64,000 nucleotides of DNA from Eledone cirrhosa (lineage: Eukaryota): positions 193,254,001 to 193,318,000 of the forward strand of contig OZ024742.1 of the NCBI GenBank assembly GCA_964016885.1, written 5' to 3'. The notes under the pieces were generated by a model. It saw only the letters and a list, made by a program, of their open reading frames with translations. It was not told the DNA's origin and did no database searches. Numbering within the stretch: position 1 is the first letter of the stretch; each line of letters starts with the position of its first letter. Of this stretch, positions 13,383-26,250 are shown piece after piece. A program made the position numbers and the translations under genes.

Positions 13383-16030
13383 ATGAATAAACTCACCACT
13401 CTGGCATCACTGAAGGACATCCCATTACCGGGTAAAAGAGAATACACCAGGAATCTCACTAAGAGTACTGACTCCCTAATACGCAGGATGAGGTGGAGGG
13501 CTTACCACTTTGATAGAGGAAACCCCAATATTAATAACCAAAAAACCATGGAGTGCCTCTTCAGATCAAAAAGACCCCCCCCCCCCCCACAACAGACTAT
13601 TGGAAGAGTTCGAGAACTAAATGATTGGCATCATTTCCAACATCAAATTTTCCGACCAACCATACCGGGGTGGAAAGTACCTTAGGCGACTGGAAAATGG
13701 AATTACCGAGCTTAAGGAATCTACATAAATACTCGTCCATACCGACAAATCCAACAACCTTTACAGCATGGACGTTCAAATTTAACGTGAGCTAATCCTT
13801 AGGGAATTGAGAAAAAGCTACAAAAAACACCCGAAGCTACCCTGGAGGATATCCACATCAAGGCTTATGAGATCGTATCTGGTCTTGGTATAGATGATAG
13901 GATAGCCCCATACCAACCACGGGAGCCGAGGATTACCATTAAGGACCACAAACCAAACTTCGAGTCTAACCTGCCGGTCAGACTGATAGCCCCCTCCCGA
14001 TCAGACATGGGGTTATAAGCAAAAGCATTTTTGATAGGATCCTGCCCACACTTAAGAGTAAAATAAGTTTACAACTCTGGTCCTGCACCAGCCAGGTGCT
14101 GGACTGGTCTACATTTTTACCTGACAAACATAGGACTAGCTTCATACAACTAGACATCAACAATTACTACTCCTCTATCTCGCCCATAGTCCTGAACAAG
14201 GGACTCATATTCGCGATGAATAGGACAGACCTAACACGCGACGAGGTCCGAATCATACACGCCGCCAGAAAGACCCTGATCCGATTCGGTGGGGACATAT
14301 TGACCCGGATCGACTGGCCAAATAATGTTGACATTACAATGGGCTCCAGTGACTCCGCGCAGCTAACGGACTTGGTTGGGATATACATACTCTACGAGAT
14401 CAGGAGAGAAATACCCAACCTGGGTGGCGGGCTGTACCGAGACGACGCACTCTTCACCGTAGTGGACCACAACACCACAATGGTCGAAAATATGAAGAGG
14501 AGAATTAGGCACTTCTTTAGCAAGGTAGGACTTGAAGTAGAGATGGAACCCAATAGAAAAGTAGTGAATTTCCTGGACACCACCCTCAACTTAAACACTA
14601 AGTTACACCACCTATATCATAAACCCAATGAGAAGCTTGTGTATATTAACGCTGGATCCAATCACCCTACATCTATAGTTAAGGCCGTAGTTAAGAGTGT
14701 CTCTGACAGGATTTCTAACTTGTCGGCCAATAAAGAGATCTTCCATTGTAACGCTGATTACTATAACTCAGCGCTAGCCAAGGCGTCCCACAGCCATAGG
14801 ATCAGCTACAACCCTAAGGGACATGGTCGAGATGACCCAAGGGTACCCATGACCATACCCTCAGGGGCATGAGTCGCCCACCTAATACCTCGGTGACCAG
14901 TAGTAACACTCACAAACCTCTATCCGTCAACACCTCCGGTAGAATGTCCCGCATAAACCACCAGTCTAATACCTACAACGCTGAAGACCACTGTGCTGTG
15001 GAGCATAGGCACCCCGGCCCCGGCCCCAGCACCCGGCGAACCCTAATTGAGCAGGGAGGCCGCACCTCGCAGGTTTATAGCGTCACGGTGGGCCCATATA
15101 ACCCTCATGACAGTGACCGCTCCGCACACCTGAGTGACACCAACTGAGCTCGACCTGAGCTGTGCACAACCACGCGATGGACCACGGCGGACACCCAACA
15201 ACCCCGCAAGTATAGGACCAGGAAGGTCACATGGTATAACCCTCCGTCCTCGGTGGGTCTACCTACCAGCCTGGCTAGAACATTCTTTAGATTATTGGAT
15301 AAATATTTCCCTAGGGCCCACAAGTACCATAACATATTCAACAGGCACACGGTGAAGCTTTCCTACTTAACCACACGCTCCGTAGCCCAGAACATACCTG
15401 ACATAAATAGGAATAGGCTCACTGCCTCTAATACCACCGTAAACCCCAGAACCAGCCAACAGAACCAGCACGCGGGACGCACCGACTAGCACACCGACTA
15501 GCACACCGACAGGCTCAACTAGCACACCGGAACCCAACGACCCTGTCCTTATTGCGGAGGCTACCCAGCCAACCCCGAGTGATGGTAACCACGCGGTACA
15601 TATGGTGAGGATTAAGAAGTCGTGTAATTGCAGAGACCCATCACTATGCCACCTTAGTAATGAATGCATGACGAAAAACGTAGTCTACAGGTGCAAGGTC
15701 ACAACCCCTAACTCGGAGCACCACTACATGGGATCCACAGCGACGAACTTTAAAGTTCGCCATTCCTTTAACAGAATAGATAAGAGGAAATGTACGGCCC
15801 TTTCTGAATTGATCTGGAAGCTCAAACTTGAAAAGACCCCGCACTCGCTGGTCTGGTCCGTGGTTAGAAAGGTTCCCCCATACAGAGGCGGGTCTGGTAT
15901 TTGCAACCCCTGTCTTAGTGAGACACTCGAGATACTTCATGGCGGAGCCAAGCTATTCAACAGCAGGGCCGACTTATTCGGTGCCTGCAGACACCTAAGG
16001 ACTGCAACTTACCTCAAGCTATATGGATAA
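13383..16030 (+). pseudogene. Penelope-like RT + GIY-YIG endonuclease ORF, frameshifted
   Basis: SLKDIPLP...IRRMRWRA N-terminus; RT motifs QLDINNYYSSI, ITMGSSDSAQLTDLVG, GLYRDD, VNFLDTTL, SNHP; WYNPP; CNCRDPSLC linker; VVYRC..YMGST; CNPCLSE. Split across several frames. Confidence 0.92.
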
Positions 16031-16199
16031 ACCCCGGTTAAGGCGGCCCACAACGCCACCCCCTCTATAGGTCCCCTACACCCCGTACCAATGACCAATG
16101 GACAACAACAAACACCCATAGTTTGTGGTTCCTATGGTGGATGGTCCACCGGATCCTCTACTGGTTAGGAGTCATCAAACCACGTTTTATTGAACCCGA

Positions 16200-16200
16200 T

Positions 16201-16239
<39 letters not shown>

Positions 16240-16350
16240 ATTATATGTATATATATATGTATATATATATATATATTTTATATATATATATGTATATATT
16301 TTATATATATGTATGTATATTTATATATATATATTATATATATATATATA

Positions 16351-16430
<80 letters not shown>

Positions 16431-16580
16431 TATATATATGTATATATATATATATATTTTATATATATATATGTATATATTTTATATATATGTATGTATA
16501 TTTTATATATATATATATATATTATATATATATATATTTTATATATACTTGTGCGTACATATATATATATATATACACAC
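16200..16580. repeat. Degenerate (TA)n microsatellite
   Basis: Directly visible. Confidence 0.95.
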
Positions 16581-17689
16581 CTGTATGGATTTGTGTGTGT
16601 AGATGTGTGTGTGTCTGAGGGGGTAGGTGTGCGTGTATGTACTTGTCTACCAACATAAGCCCTTTATTTCTAAATTTTCTATACTATCTATGTATTTGAC
16701 GCTAACCATTATTTTAAGTATTACCACCACACATTAATTCCTCAATTTGTATGTGTGGATGTGTGTGCGTGTCTGTGGCGGTGGTGGGAGTGTACGGGCA
16801 AGCCAACTTACATAAGTCTCTTTATTTGTAAATGTTCTACTCTAACCATAATTGAATATATATGTGACCAGGAATGCTTTTTTTGAAAATCAGTCATATG
16901 GAACTATTGTCATCTTACCTGGCGGTTTCAACTTTACAACACCACCTGCCTCTTTGAGGTCAAATACCCACCCTACTAACATCTACAAACTGACCAATGA
17001 GAATGAAGTCTATTCCTGCTGGCAACATTAAATTATTCCTAACAAGCTCATATGTCCCAAGGCTCTGATACCATCAACACTATAAATACAGAGCTGGCAT
17101 ATCTAAGAACAGAGTAACAGCCTGATGAGGTCATAACCATTCAATGGCTATCATCGAAATATAAATAAAGGATTATGAGTTCATGCAATTGACTTGTTTC
17201 GTCACTATATATATATATATATATTTAATACATTAACAGAGAAAGCCTTAAGCTATACTCTGATTGGCTTCCATCTCACTCAACAAACATTAGGATATAC
17301 CTTAGTATAATCCCAATTTTACGTTTGGGGTGCTAACTATATGTATTTTGCGGAAAGCCAGTTGTATTATTTTATATGAGACATAATTAAAAAATATCTC
17401 TCTTTCCAAACAATTGTTTCATTATAAGTTTTCTACAAGTTGGGAAAATGTGTCTAGGTTATGTAGAAACCTGCACACATTCCGTAGGAACATATGCAGG
17501 TGGGCACTTATAAATCATCAGTGGATGCCCGGTAAACATCGATATAAGGATTTATATATATACACAAAGGGTGGAAGAACTTCTAAAAGTCAACGGCCAT
17601 CCAAAAGTGTGTAAATTTGTATATGCACATGTACATATGTATGTATATGGGTGCATGTGTATGTATATGCGCGGGGGCATAGAAATAGT

Positions 17690-18013
17690 CAGGCTGGACA
17701 CCCGATCGCACGGTTAAACCACTGAGAGTGAAGGACCCCTAGCCTTTGTCAGGGCATTCTTCTAGGAAAAGTCAACTCAGGAAACTGGGATAATTCCGAT
17801 ATTAAATCTGCGGCTCAGTCGTTACCGATACTGTTGATATTTTCCTCTTTTCGGGTTATAGCTGTTGTCGCTCAGAGAGTGGAATTGGCTCAGTGCACAG
17901 TCTTTCCTCACTTTAAAAAATGTCTTCACGCACAAGCATTGAACGATAGAATTAATTAATAATTATTAATAATGGTATATCGTGCAATGGCGATACTCGA
18001 TAACGAGGGGGGA

Positions 18014-18020
<7 letters not shown>
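17690..18020 (+). repeat. Interspersed repeat of unknown class (inverted copy at ~22180-22390)
   Basis: Shared blocks GTGCACAGTCTTTCCTCACTTT and ATACTCGATAACGAGGGG occur in opposite orientations at the two loci. Confidence 0.7.
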
Positions 18021-18084
<64 letters not shown>

Positions 18085-18399
18085 TACATACATACAAATA
18101 TACATACATACATACATACATACATACAGGCATACATACATATATAATTACATACACACACCCATATGAAGAAGGTCATTTGATTGACATTCACAATATA
18201 AATTTAATTCTTACCGAACATTTAAATTATTACCGATAATCCATTTAACACTACCAGCCGTTACTCACCAAAAATCTACATTTAATTTCAGTTCAAACTT
18301 ACACAACTTCATACAAAACATGTATCAATGGTTTCTTTTATGTATAATCAACATAAGTAGTATTTATGTATTAGATATGTGCATGTCAGACGTTTCTTT

Positions 18400-19290
18400 T
18401 TGTATAGTTTCTTTTTTTCTGTTTTTGGTTGAGTATTTAGATTGGTGAGACACTAATTGTGTTATGAGAGATAACCAAGCTGTCAATAAATAATCAATAA
18501 AATCTGGCATTGATAATACATAGATATCGACACAAGGGATGTGCTCAAGTAATTGATTAACTATAATCAATATTATCCAGGAATTTGTAAAGTCAATAGT
18601 AATGAAATGAGAGTAGTTGTTGTTTCAGAAACATGCTGCACAGAAGGCGTTCGCAGCAGATCTAACCAGTACAAATTAATCATCAAATGTGACTATAACA
18701 AATTGATTCAACCTGATGACAACTGAGGCAATACACAACTATCAGTTGGTAATAAGTAACTGAGGCTATATGTTCATTATATACCCATATTCCTTTATAA
18801 GGGATAGCCACTTCTCAGAAATTACCACTGGGAGTAGTGGTCGCTCGCAGAATGTGGATTTAACTGCCTTCCACGTGTTTATAAAAATGGAGTTTTACAA
18901 AGAACCAACGGTTTGAGTTGAGGCACGAACCTTGCTGAGTAGATATACGAAGAAACATGCGCTTGGTTCGGTTAGTTTGTCTGACAAGCTTTAGCCTTAT
19001 GCTTACACGCCGAGTTGTTCACCATACATTAATTGGCAGATGTCTATTGCAAGTAATAACAGACCAGAAATCTTATGTTGGGTGTGTTGTGTTCAAGCTG
19101 TTAAAGAACTTTTAACTGCGTCCACTGTAGCATAGTGGTTCTGTTGAGGTAGGCCAGGTGCACCTTCCGAAGTGGTAAACGGGGTATAGTGATCTTGTTG
19201 GGAAAGGTTATGTTAGCAAAGAAAATATCATTTCCATGTACTTTCATCTCAATAAATATTTTTTATGGTGATTATACCTGTAAAGAAAAT
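18400..19290 (-). mobile_element. Possible highly degenerate LINE RT fragment
   Basis: Remnants resembling DNI..NQLLE...FIDY (RT motif A region) in ORF 18364-18570; weak. Confidence 0.3.
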
Positions 19291-20118
19291 TTTAAAAAGG
19301 ATTTTCTACATATAAGTTTCTTCTTTCTTCTTCTTCGTACACTTATTCCTGGGAGGATCATGGGCGCTGAGTCATCATACTCCCCTTCTAGCGGGTAATG
19401 TCAGAAGCAACCGTTTCCAACTGAACCGGCTGGATCCCCAAGCGAGACTAGCCGAGCTCCTGGATGTTATATAACCATCTTTCTCGGGTTCTACATCTAG
19501 GGCTCCTGCAAGTAGATTTTACCGGCAAAATATATCCAGCGATTCTTTCCTGAGACAACCACATGTCTGCAGTATTGGAGCTGAGATCTCTAAATTCAAA
19601 GAAGTTGCGGCTCTACCAAGACCGGCACCTTTATCTGCGAGCTATGCACTATATCGAGTAACATTACACCCAAACCCTTAGGAGAACCGCATTTTGGTCA
19701 CGTATAAGCAAAGACAACAAATCAAATACGTTTCACATTTCACAGTTTTTAGCTTTTCGAATATTCTTAAAATTGCTGTATCAGGCTAATTCCTCATAAA
19801 TCTCGATATTAGAAAGACAATTGTTTAGCCTTCTGATGTGTAGAGACGTTGTGCACATATACACACATTTACATACTTGGAGCAATACATATACAAACAT
19901 GCATATTGTGTAAGCCTCTTGTGATAGGAACGTGGCATAAGCTAGTTTTGCAGATCTATGAATATATTTACGTACTGAATAACTTGACAGTACAACATCT
20001 TACTTCCTATAAATATCTTAGTAGGTTGTATATCTTCCGGAGACACAGTGGTGCTATTACGAAGCTAAGCTTTGCTGTGGTTTAATACATAAACAGATGT
20101 ATTATATATATATATAAA

Positions 20119-20303
20119 GGCGGTGGATTGGCAGTATCGGTAGAGGGTCGGACGCCATGCTTTCCAGCATAGTTACGTCCCTTTACGATCTGAGTTCAAA
20201 TCCCGCCGAGGTTGACTTTGCCTTTCATCCTTACGGGGTCGATAAAATAAAGTACCAGTAATGCACTGGGATAATTGCAGGCCTTGTGCCAAAAAGTAGA
20301 AAC

Positions 20304-20308
<5 letters not shown>
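20119..20308 (+). mobile_element. tRNA-derived SINE (octopus-type)
   Basis: Full-length match to 1021-1207. Confidence 0.9.
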
Positions 20309-20337
<29 letters not shown>

Positions 20338-20470
20338 GTGTGTGTTTGTGTATGTGTGTGTGCGTGTGTGTAAATATATATAAACGCGCGCGCGCGCGCA
20401 CACCCACACACATACACACACACACACACGCATATATATATATATATACTGTATGTATATAAATATACTG

Positions 20471-20503
<33 letters not shown>

Positions 20504-20507
<4 letters not shown>

Positions 20508-20702
20508 CGAAGGAAGTGTGGTAAGGAACCAGTTGGACAATAACGCACCAGAGTACTCAATACTTAGGGTAGTAAAGTGGGTAATAGGAAATTGTATAAC
20601 TCCGACGGCAGAACTCAAGCCGTTTTGTCGGCTATTTCCAGACTCTTGAAATAGCCGTCGAAACGGCTTGAGCTCTGCCGCCGGGGTTATACATATTCCT
20701 AT
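20504..20702. mobile_element. Family B fold-back element
   Basis: Same tail and hairpin as 8374-8567, TA-flanked. Confidence 0.85.
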
Positions 20703-21480
20703 ATATATATTTACATATAGGCATACATTTATTCTGTATATCTGTTTATTAATATATAAACGTTTGCTTTGGTTTCAAAATACAAAGATAGACTGGATTT
20801 ATTTATTCACAAATTTCATTCTTTAGACGGATTCCGAATGTGTACCATGAACATTCATCCTTTAGTTTAGATAATAAATCCCACAGCTTAGTCAGTCTTA
20901 CTAGCAATAAGTCAAACGAATTATGGCAGAAAGTTGCACTGAACAAATAATATCATTCCTCATTGATCGACAAGAGAAAATAATACACGATGGTGGAATA
21001 TGGGCAATGAGAATTCGAAGTTGAAGATTTTTATGTAAGTAGAGATTACTATAAAAGTAACATGTATATTCTGGAAATTCTTCATAGAATTTAAACAATT
21101 TGGTGTGTGATTATTTTATTGTTATGACGTAGAGTTATTCGTGCCAGGCCGCAACATTTTCTTTTCATGGTTTCTGTCTACTTGGAATATTCCACAGCAT
21201 GTTACTATCACCGTAATTCTGTTTATAATCATCCACAAACCTGGTAAGTATCGCAAAGCAGTTTGTGCCCCATTTGTCAGGTATGACACATTGCGCCACT
21301 GCGCCAGTCACTGTATTTATTTCTGGCAATATTATTACAACAATATGACCCTCCCCAAGTATAACAATATATATATATATATATATAACGAAAATGTTCT
21401 CTCTACATGGCTGAATACAATAAATGTAATCTGAGTTTTTCGGCCATTTATCGCTCGTATACAGGGAACTGACTGGACAG

Positions 21481-21570
21481 TCTGCTGATATGCAAATCTG
21501 GCTCATCAGTGGATCTGCTAATATGCAGATCTGACTGATCAGCGAGTCTGCTAATATGCAAATCAGGCCA
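21481..21570 (+). repeat. 33-bp tandem repeat carrying octamer motifs
   Basis: ATGCAAAT at 21490, ATGCAGAT at 21523 and ATGCAAAT at 21556; period 33. Confidence 0.8.
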
Positions 21571-21640
21571 ATCTGTCACGGTATATGTTAGAAAATAGCA
21601 TATATTTTCACTAGCTCTGACAGTTTGGCAGGTGAACAGT

Positions 21641-21690
21641 GAGCTGTACTGATGAAGGGTGAAACCCAGAAACATTAGTGTCTGCAGTTC
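21641..21690 (+). ncRNA. Type I hammerhead ribozyme
   Basis: GAGCTGTA-CTGATGA-AGGGT.GAA.ACCCA-GAAA-CATTAGTGT-C-TGCAGTTC; 8-bp stem I, GUC triplet. Confidence 0.85.
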
Positions 21691-21833
21691 TGTTTACATG
21701 CCAACACAAGACCAAGAATGAAGAGTTCATTCTACTGACATGGCTATAAAAATGAGACTTGTTTTCATAATTGCAAACGAATTGAATATTATTATTAAAT
21801 ATACATTATTAAATATACATTATTAAATATATA

Positions 21834-22139
21834 CTCTGAGTTCAAATCCCGCCGAGGTTGACTTTGCCTTTACCCCTTACGGGGTCGATAAACTAAAGCA
21901 CCAGTAATGCACTGGGAAATTGCTGGCCTTGTGCCTAAAGTAGAAACAATTATGAGGGCGGTGGATTGGCAGTATCGGTAGAGGGTCGGACGCCATGCTT
22001 TCCAGCATAGTTACGTCCCTTTACGATTTGAGTTCAAATCCCGCCGAGGTTGACTTGCCTTTTCATCCTTACGGGGTCGATAAAATAAAGTACCAGTAAT
22101 GAACTGGGTAATTGCTTGCCTTGTGCCTAAAGTAGAAAC

Positions 22140-22144
<5 letters not shown>
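21834..22144 (+). mobile_element. Two head-to-tail SINE copies (partial 21834-21952, full 21957-22144)
   Basis: Matches to 1021-1207. Confidence 0.9.
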
Positions 22145-22179
<35 letters not shown>

Positions 22180-22593
22180 TGATATATAGCCCCTCGTTAT
22201 CGAGTATGGTCAATGCACGATATAACATTATTAAAAATTATCAATTAATGCCATCGTGCAATGCCGGTGCGGGAGGATTTTTTTTAAAAGTGAGGAAAGA
22301 CTGTGCACTCTCTGTTCACTCGACATTAGCTATAACCCGAAAAGAAACAAAGATCAACATCAACGGTAACTACTGAGCAGCAGGTTTTATCCCGGGTTCA
22401 ATCGGGGGCAACCACAGTAAGTAAGGTATCCAAAAGTTCAAAACTTAAAAAAAAATAATTGTACCTCTCATTTTTTCAATAATGTCATTTTTTCAATTAT
22501 ATCATCCTTTCAATAATGTCACTTTGACGAATCAAAGAAAGGATAAAAAAAAACCAGACACGTAAATATATTTTCCGTGCTATTTCCAACCTC

Positions 22594-22730
<137 letters not shown>

Positions 22731-22789
22731 GTCAGTCATACAAAAGTGAGTTACAAACGAAACGAAATTTAATTTCGTTTCGTCATTTG

Positions 22790-22843
<54 letters not shown>

Positions 22844-22847
<4 letters not shown>

Positions 22848-23538
22848 AAGAATTACTATATCTAGTAACATATATATACACAGATGCATACTTATGCTAG
22901 CAAATATATAGGTTTTGTCTTAGTAACTTTGTGGTTCAATGCATGGGGATGCAGAACAATAATATGAGAGACGTAAAATAAGAAAATTATAAAATTAACT
23001 TTCTTACTAAAATTTCACTCCAACTAATTAGTTTCTGAAAGGGAATAAACATTCTTTCCGAAGAAACGTACGGAGAAGCCTTTCGTCATCAGGGAAGTCT
23101 ATTCTCAGCTAAGTTTCCAAGCAATACGTGGACACAGGGAACTTATCAAAAATAATTCAGTGGATGGAAAAAAGCAAAGCGTGGACTAGATTCCAAGCCA
23201 TTGAGAAAATCACTGCCTACTGCGTCGGTGACAAATTCAAAAGAATCAATCACGTGACATCGAGGTCAATCAGTGGAGAGTGGTTTGTTAAGAAGACAGC
23301 AGCCGGACTGTTACTAAAGTAGCAGTTTTGGCCAATTTTTCCTCGACAAATAATTTGGAGATAATTATAAAGAATTAGTATATCTAGTAACATATATATA
23401 CACAGATGCATACTTATGCTAGCAAATATATAGGTTTTGTCTTAGTAAATTTGTGGTTCAATGCATGGGGATGCAGAACAATAATAAGAGAGACGTAAAA
23501 TAAGAAAATTATAAAATTAACTTACTTACTGTTAACTA

Positions 23539-23542
<4 letters not shown>
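22844..23542 (-). mobile_element. Non-coding hammerhead element with ~522-nt period (retrozyme-like)
   Basis: Direct repeats 22844-23019 and 23366-23542, TA-flanked, with an internal hammerhead. Confidence 0.7.
23017..23098 (-). ncRNA. Type I hammerhead ribozyme with long stem II
   Basis: ACTTCC-CTGATGA-CGAAAGG...CCTTTCA-GAAA-CTAATTAGT-T-GGAGT; palindromic stem III. Confidence 0.65.
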
Positions 23543-23607
<65 letters not shown>

Positions 23608-23697
23608 GAAGGAAATGTGGTAAGGAACCAGGTGGACCATAACGCACCAAAGTACTCAATACTTGGGGTAGTAGAGTGGGTAATAGGAACCAGTAAG

Positions 23698-23791
23698 ACC
23701 CCGACGGCTGAGCTCAAGCCGTTTCGACGGCTAATTCTGGACTAAATGAAAATTTATCCTGGTATTTAAGTAACCGATCTTCTCAAGGGAT
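23698..23791 (-). ncRNA. Type I hammerhead ribozyme, U3:A8 core (family B)
   Basis: ATCCC-TTGAGAA-GATCGGTTA...TAGCCGTC-GAAA-CGGCTTGAGCTCAGCCGT-C-GGGGT; GUC triplet. Confidence 0.8.
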
Positions 23792-23804
23792 AATTCCATA
23801 TATT

Positions 23805-24150
23805 GTGAAAGCAGGGCAAACTCTTAAATGACCTCAGGTCGCACAGAATGGATGTGATAGCTATTTGCGAGTCCAGGATCAACTGCGAGCACCAACTGGT
23901 CCCTATCTTCGACGACTTTGAAATATATGCATCTCTCTGTCAGCCACGGCGTGGGGCGGGGTGGTCGTTCTGCTGCGAAAACACCAGGGCCTCGCAACAC
24001 GGAAGGTACACCTGGACCCGGAAGGTCGACTGGTGGTTCTAGACGTAGGCAGTAGTGAAGGTGGTGCCTTCAGGCTGGTGGCAGCGTAAGCCCCATCTGG
24101 GACACCGCGCCCGGATTTCTTACAAACCTAGAGACTTTTCTGGGAACTAA
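23805..24150 (+). mobile_element. LINE (L1/Tx1-like) APE endonuclease fragment
   Basis: NDLRSHRMDVIAICESR resembles the APE D-I-x-x-x-x-E-T motif, followed by GGV-like and LVAAxAP remnants. Confidence 0.6.
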
Positions 24151-24554
24151 GAGTGTGAAATGAAATTTCGTTTCATTTTTTTCCGTTTATCGTTTTCGGT
24201 GCACCCGGCCGATTAACCCACTGGATATGCAAATTGGGCTACCCAGCCGTTAATATGCATAAGGTAACTATATACGTTCAACAATCTGGCAGGAAGGTAT
24301 ACGTTGCTGACGATAGCTAATAAGCTTGAAACTAGTACAGCGTTCCTTTGTCTGTGTTGAACAAACGAGCAACGATGGTTGCTGGACACTGCGGCTTAAT
24401 ACGCGGGATGTTTGTTTACAAACACACCGAGCATTATAATAAATGTTCGGTGAATCCATACGTCCATACGTACATATATATATGTGTGCATGTATGTATA
24501 TATATATACATACTACTGTACGTCTGTATACATATATGTATGTACGTGTACATA

Positions 24555-24631
<77 letters not shown>

Positions 24632-25133
24632 TATGTTCGCTTATTATGCGAAGATGCTTAAAGCAAATTCCCGTAATTGAAGTCTAACTTTCTGATAAAT
24701 AAAAAAAGTTATAAACCATTATTTACGCAGCAGAGTGAATATTTAACAATATTTCCTCCAGAGGCATTGAAGATACCTAGTTTTTCTTTTCCACCTACCT
24801 TCCTTTTTCTGATTACTGTATATCACTATCTACTGCCATTCATCACACTTGAAAACCGACCCGAGATGCTTGAAATTATCTATCTGCTTCAGTTGTGCTC
24901 TATTCACATGTAGAGTCACTCCGCAGGCTTCGTTGAGATGACGAGTGTTTCAGTTTTCGCAGCACTTATGTTAATGAGAATGCATAATTAACAATTTTAT
25001 TTCACCCTCAGTAATTTGAAGTAAGATAGATTTACAATTCCTGACGAAAATCTCATATATATATATACAGTGAAACTAATAAACCTTTGTTCGTACTGCC
25101 TCTCTCTTTTGTTCCCGTTCAATTTTTCACTAT

Positions 25134-25184
<51 letters not shown>

Positions 25185-25529
25185 TAGTTAGTACGGTGAA
25201 AATCTGGTGTTGGTACCAAATCGATATACAATAAATATTTTTCATATGTAAACGAAACTTCCTCGTTTTTTCTATTATATATATATACATGAATTATGTA
25301 TAACATATTTGGCAATATAACGAATGTTTAATTAAAAACATTTAGAAGACCATACGCTATCAGTTATATATATACATATATATATCTATAAATACATTAT
25401 ATATATATACATATATATATATATATAGGAACGAGTTCCTATTACCCACTCTACTACCCTAAGTATTGAGTACTTTGGTGCGTTATGGTCCAGCTGGTTC
25501 CTTACCACATTTCCTTCGTTATATATATA

Positions 25530-25930
25530 CAGGGTGTTCGGGATAAATTTGACAGCTTCATCAGGAAAAAGAAAAAGTGCTTGGTATCTACAAAATTTAT
25601 TTGATTTAAAAGAAATTCAATGGACAAGGAAATTACACTATTGTCAAAGAGTTTTACTCAAAATAACCGCCATTAGCGTCTATTACAGCCTCAATCCGGG
25701 CCCAGAACCTGGAGCAAGCTGATTTTACACTTTCCCTGGGAAGGCCCTCAAAAACTACTTTAATTCTGTCGATTAACTGGGCTTTTGTAGTACTGGCACG
25801 GCGATTGGTGTCTTTCTCTACAGCGCCCCATACATAATAGTCCATGGGGTTAAGATCAGGGGAGTTCGGAGGCCAAACATTGGGACTGGTGTAGTCGTAA
25901 AACTTGGCTGACAACCATTTTTGACTTTTC
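25530..25930 (-). mobile_element. Tc1/mariner-superfamily transposon 3' end
   Basis: WPPNSPDLNPMDYYVWG...VIDANGGYFE*; terminal sequence TA|CAGGGTGTTCGGGATAAATTTGACAG. Confidence 0.9.
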
Positions 25931-26125
25931 CTCCCCCTCCCCCTCCCCAGTATCTTCTTTGACCTCATGCCCAGCTGTAGCTGGCACTACCAACGCTTGA
26001 TTGGGTCTACTCCACCCCCTCCCCTCTTTCTCCTACTGGCAGGTTTAGCCACCATCTCCCCTACTAATTTGCAATCACAGAATTACTACTGACTTTTGAC
26101 AATCACTTTCACCATATATGGAATT

Positions 26126-26219
26126 ACCCCTTGAGAAGATCGGCTATTTAAATACCAGGATAAATTTTCATTTAGTCCAGAATTAGCCGTCGAAACGGCA
26201 TGAGCTCAGCCGTCGAGGT
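26126..26219 (+). ncRNA. Type I hammerhead ribozyme, U3:A8 core (family B)
   Basis: ACCCC-TTGAGAA-GATCGGCTA...TAGCCGTC-GAAA-CGGCATGAGCTCAGCCGT-C-GAGGT; one stem I mismatch. Confidence 0.75.
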
Positions 26220-26250
26220 CTTACTGGTTCCTATATATATATATATATAT

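Larger units (their letters stand above)
12762..17207 (+). mobile_element. Near full-length Penelope-like retroelement with direct pseudo-LTRs
   Basis: Direct repeats ~12762-13241 and ~16823-17207, each ending in a hammerhead + AATAAA, flank an RT + GIY-YIG reading frame. Both outer ends abut (TA)n. Confidence 0.85.

Noticed and set aside
13383-16100. Bacterial contamination or horizontal transfer suggested by higher GC
   Set aside because: It encodes a Penelope-like RT/EN with relatives elsewhere in the window and lies inside a host intron.
18708-18765. Hammerhead candidate CTGATGA-CAACTGA..TCAGTTG
   Set aside because: Followed by GTAA, with no convincing stem I or stem III.
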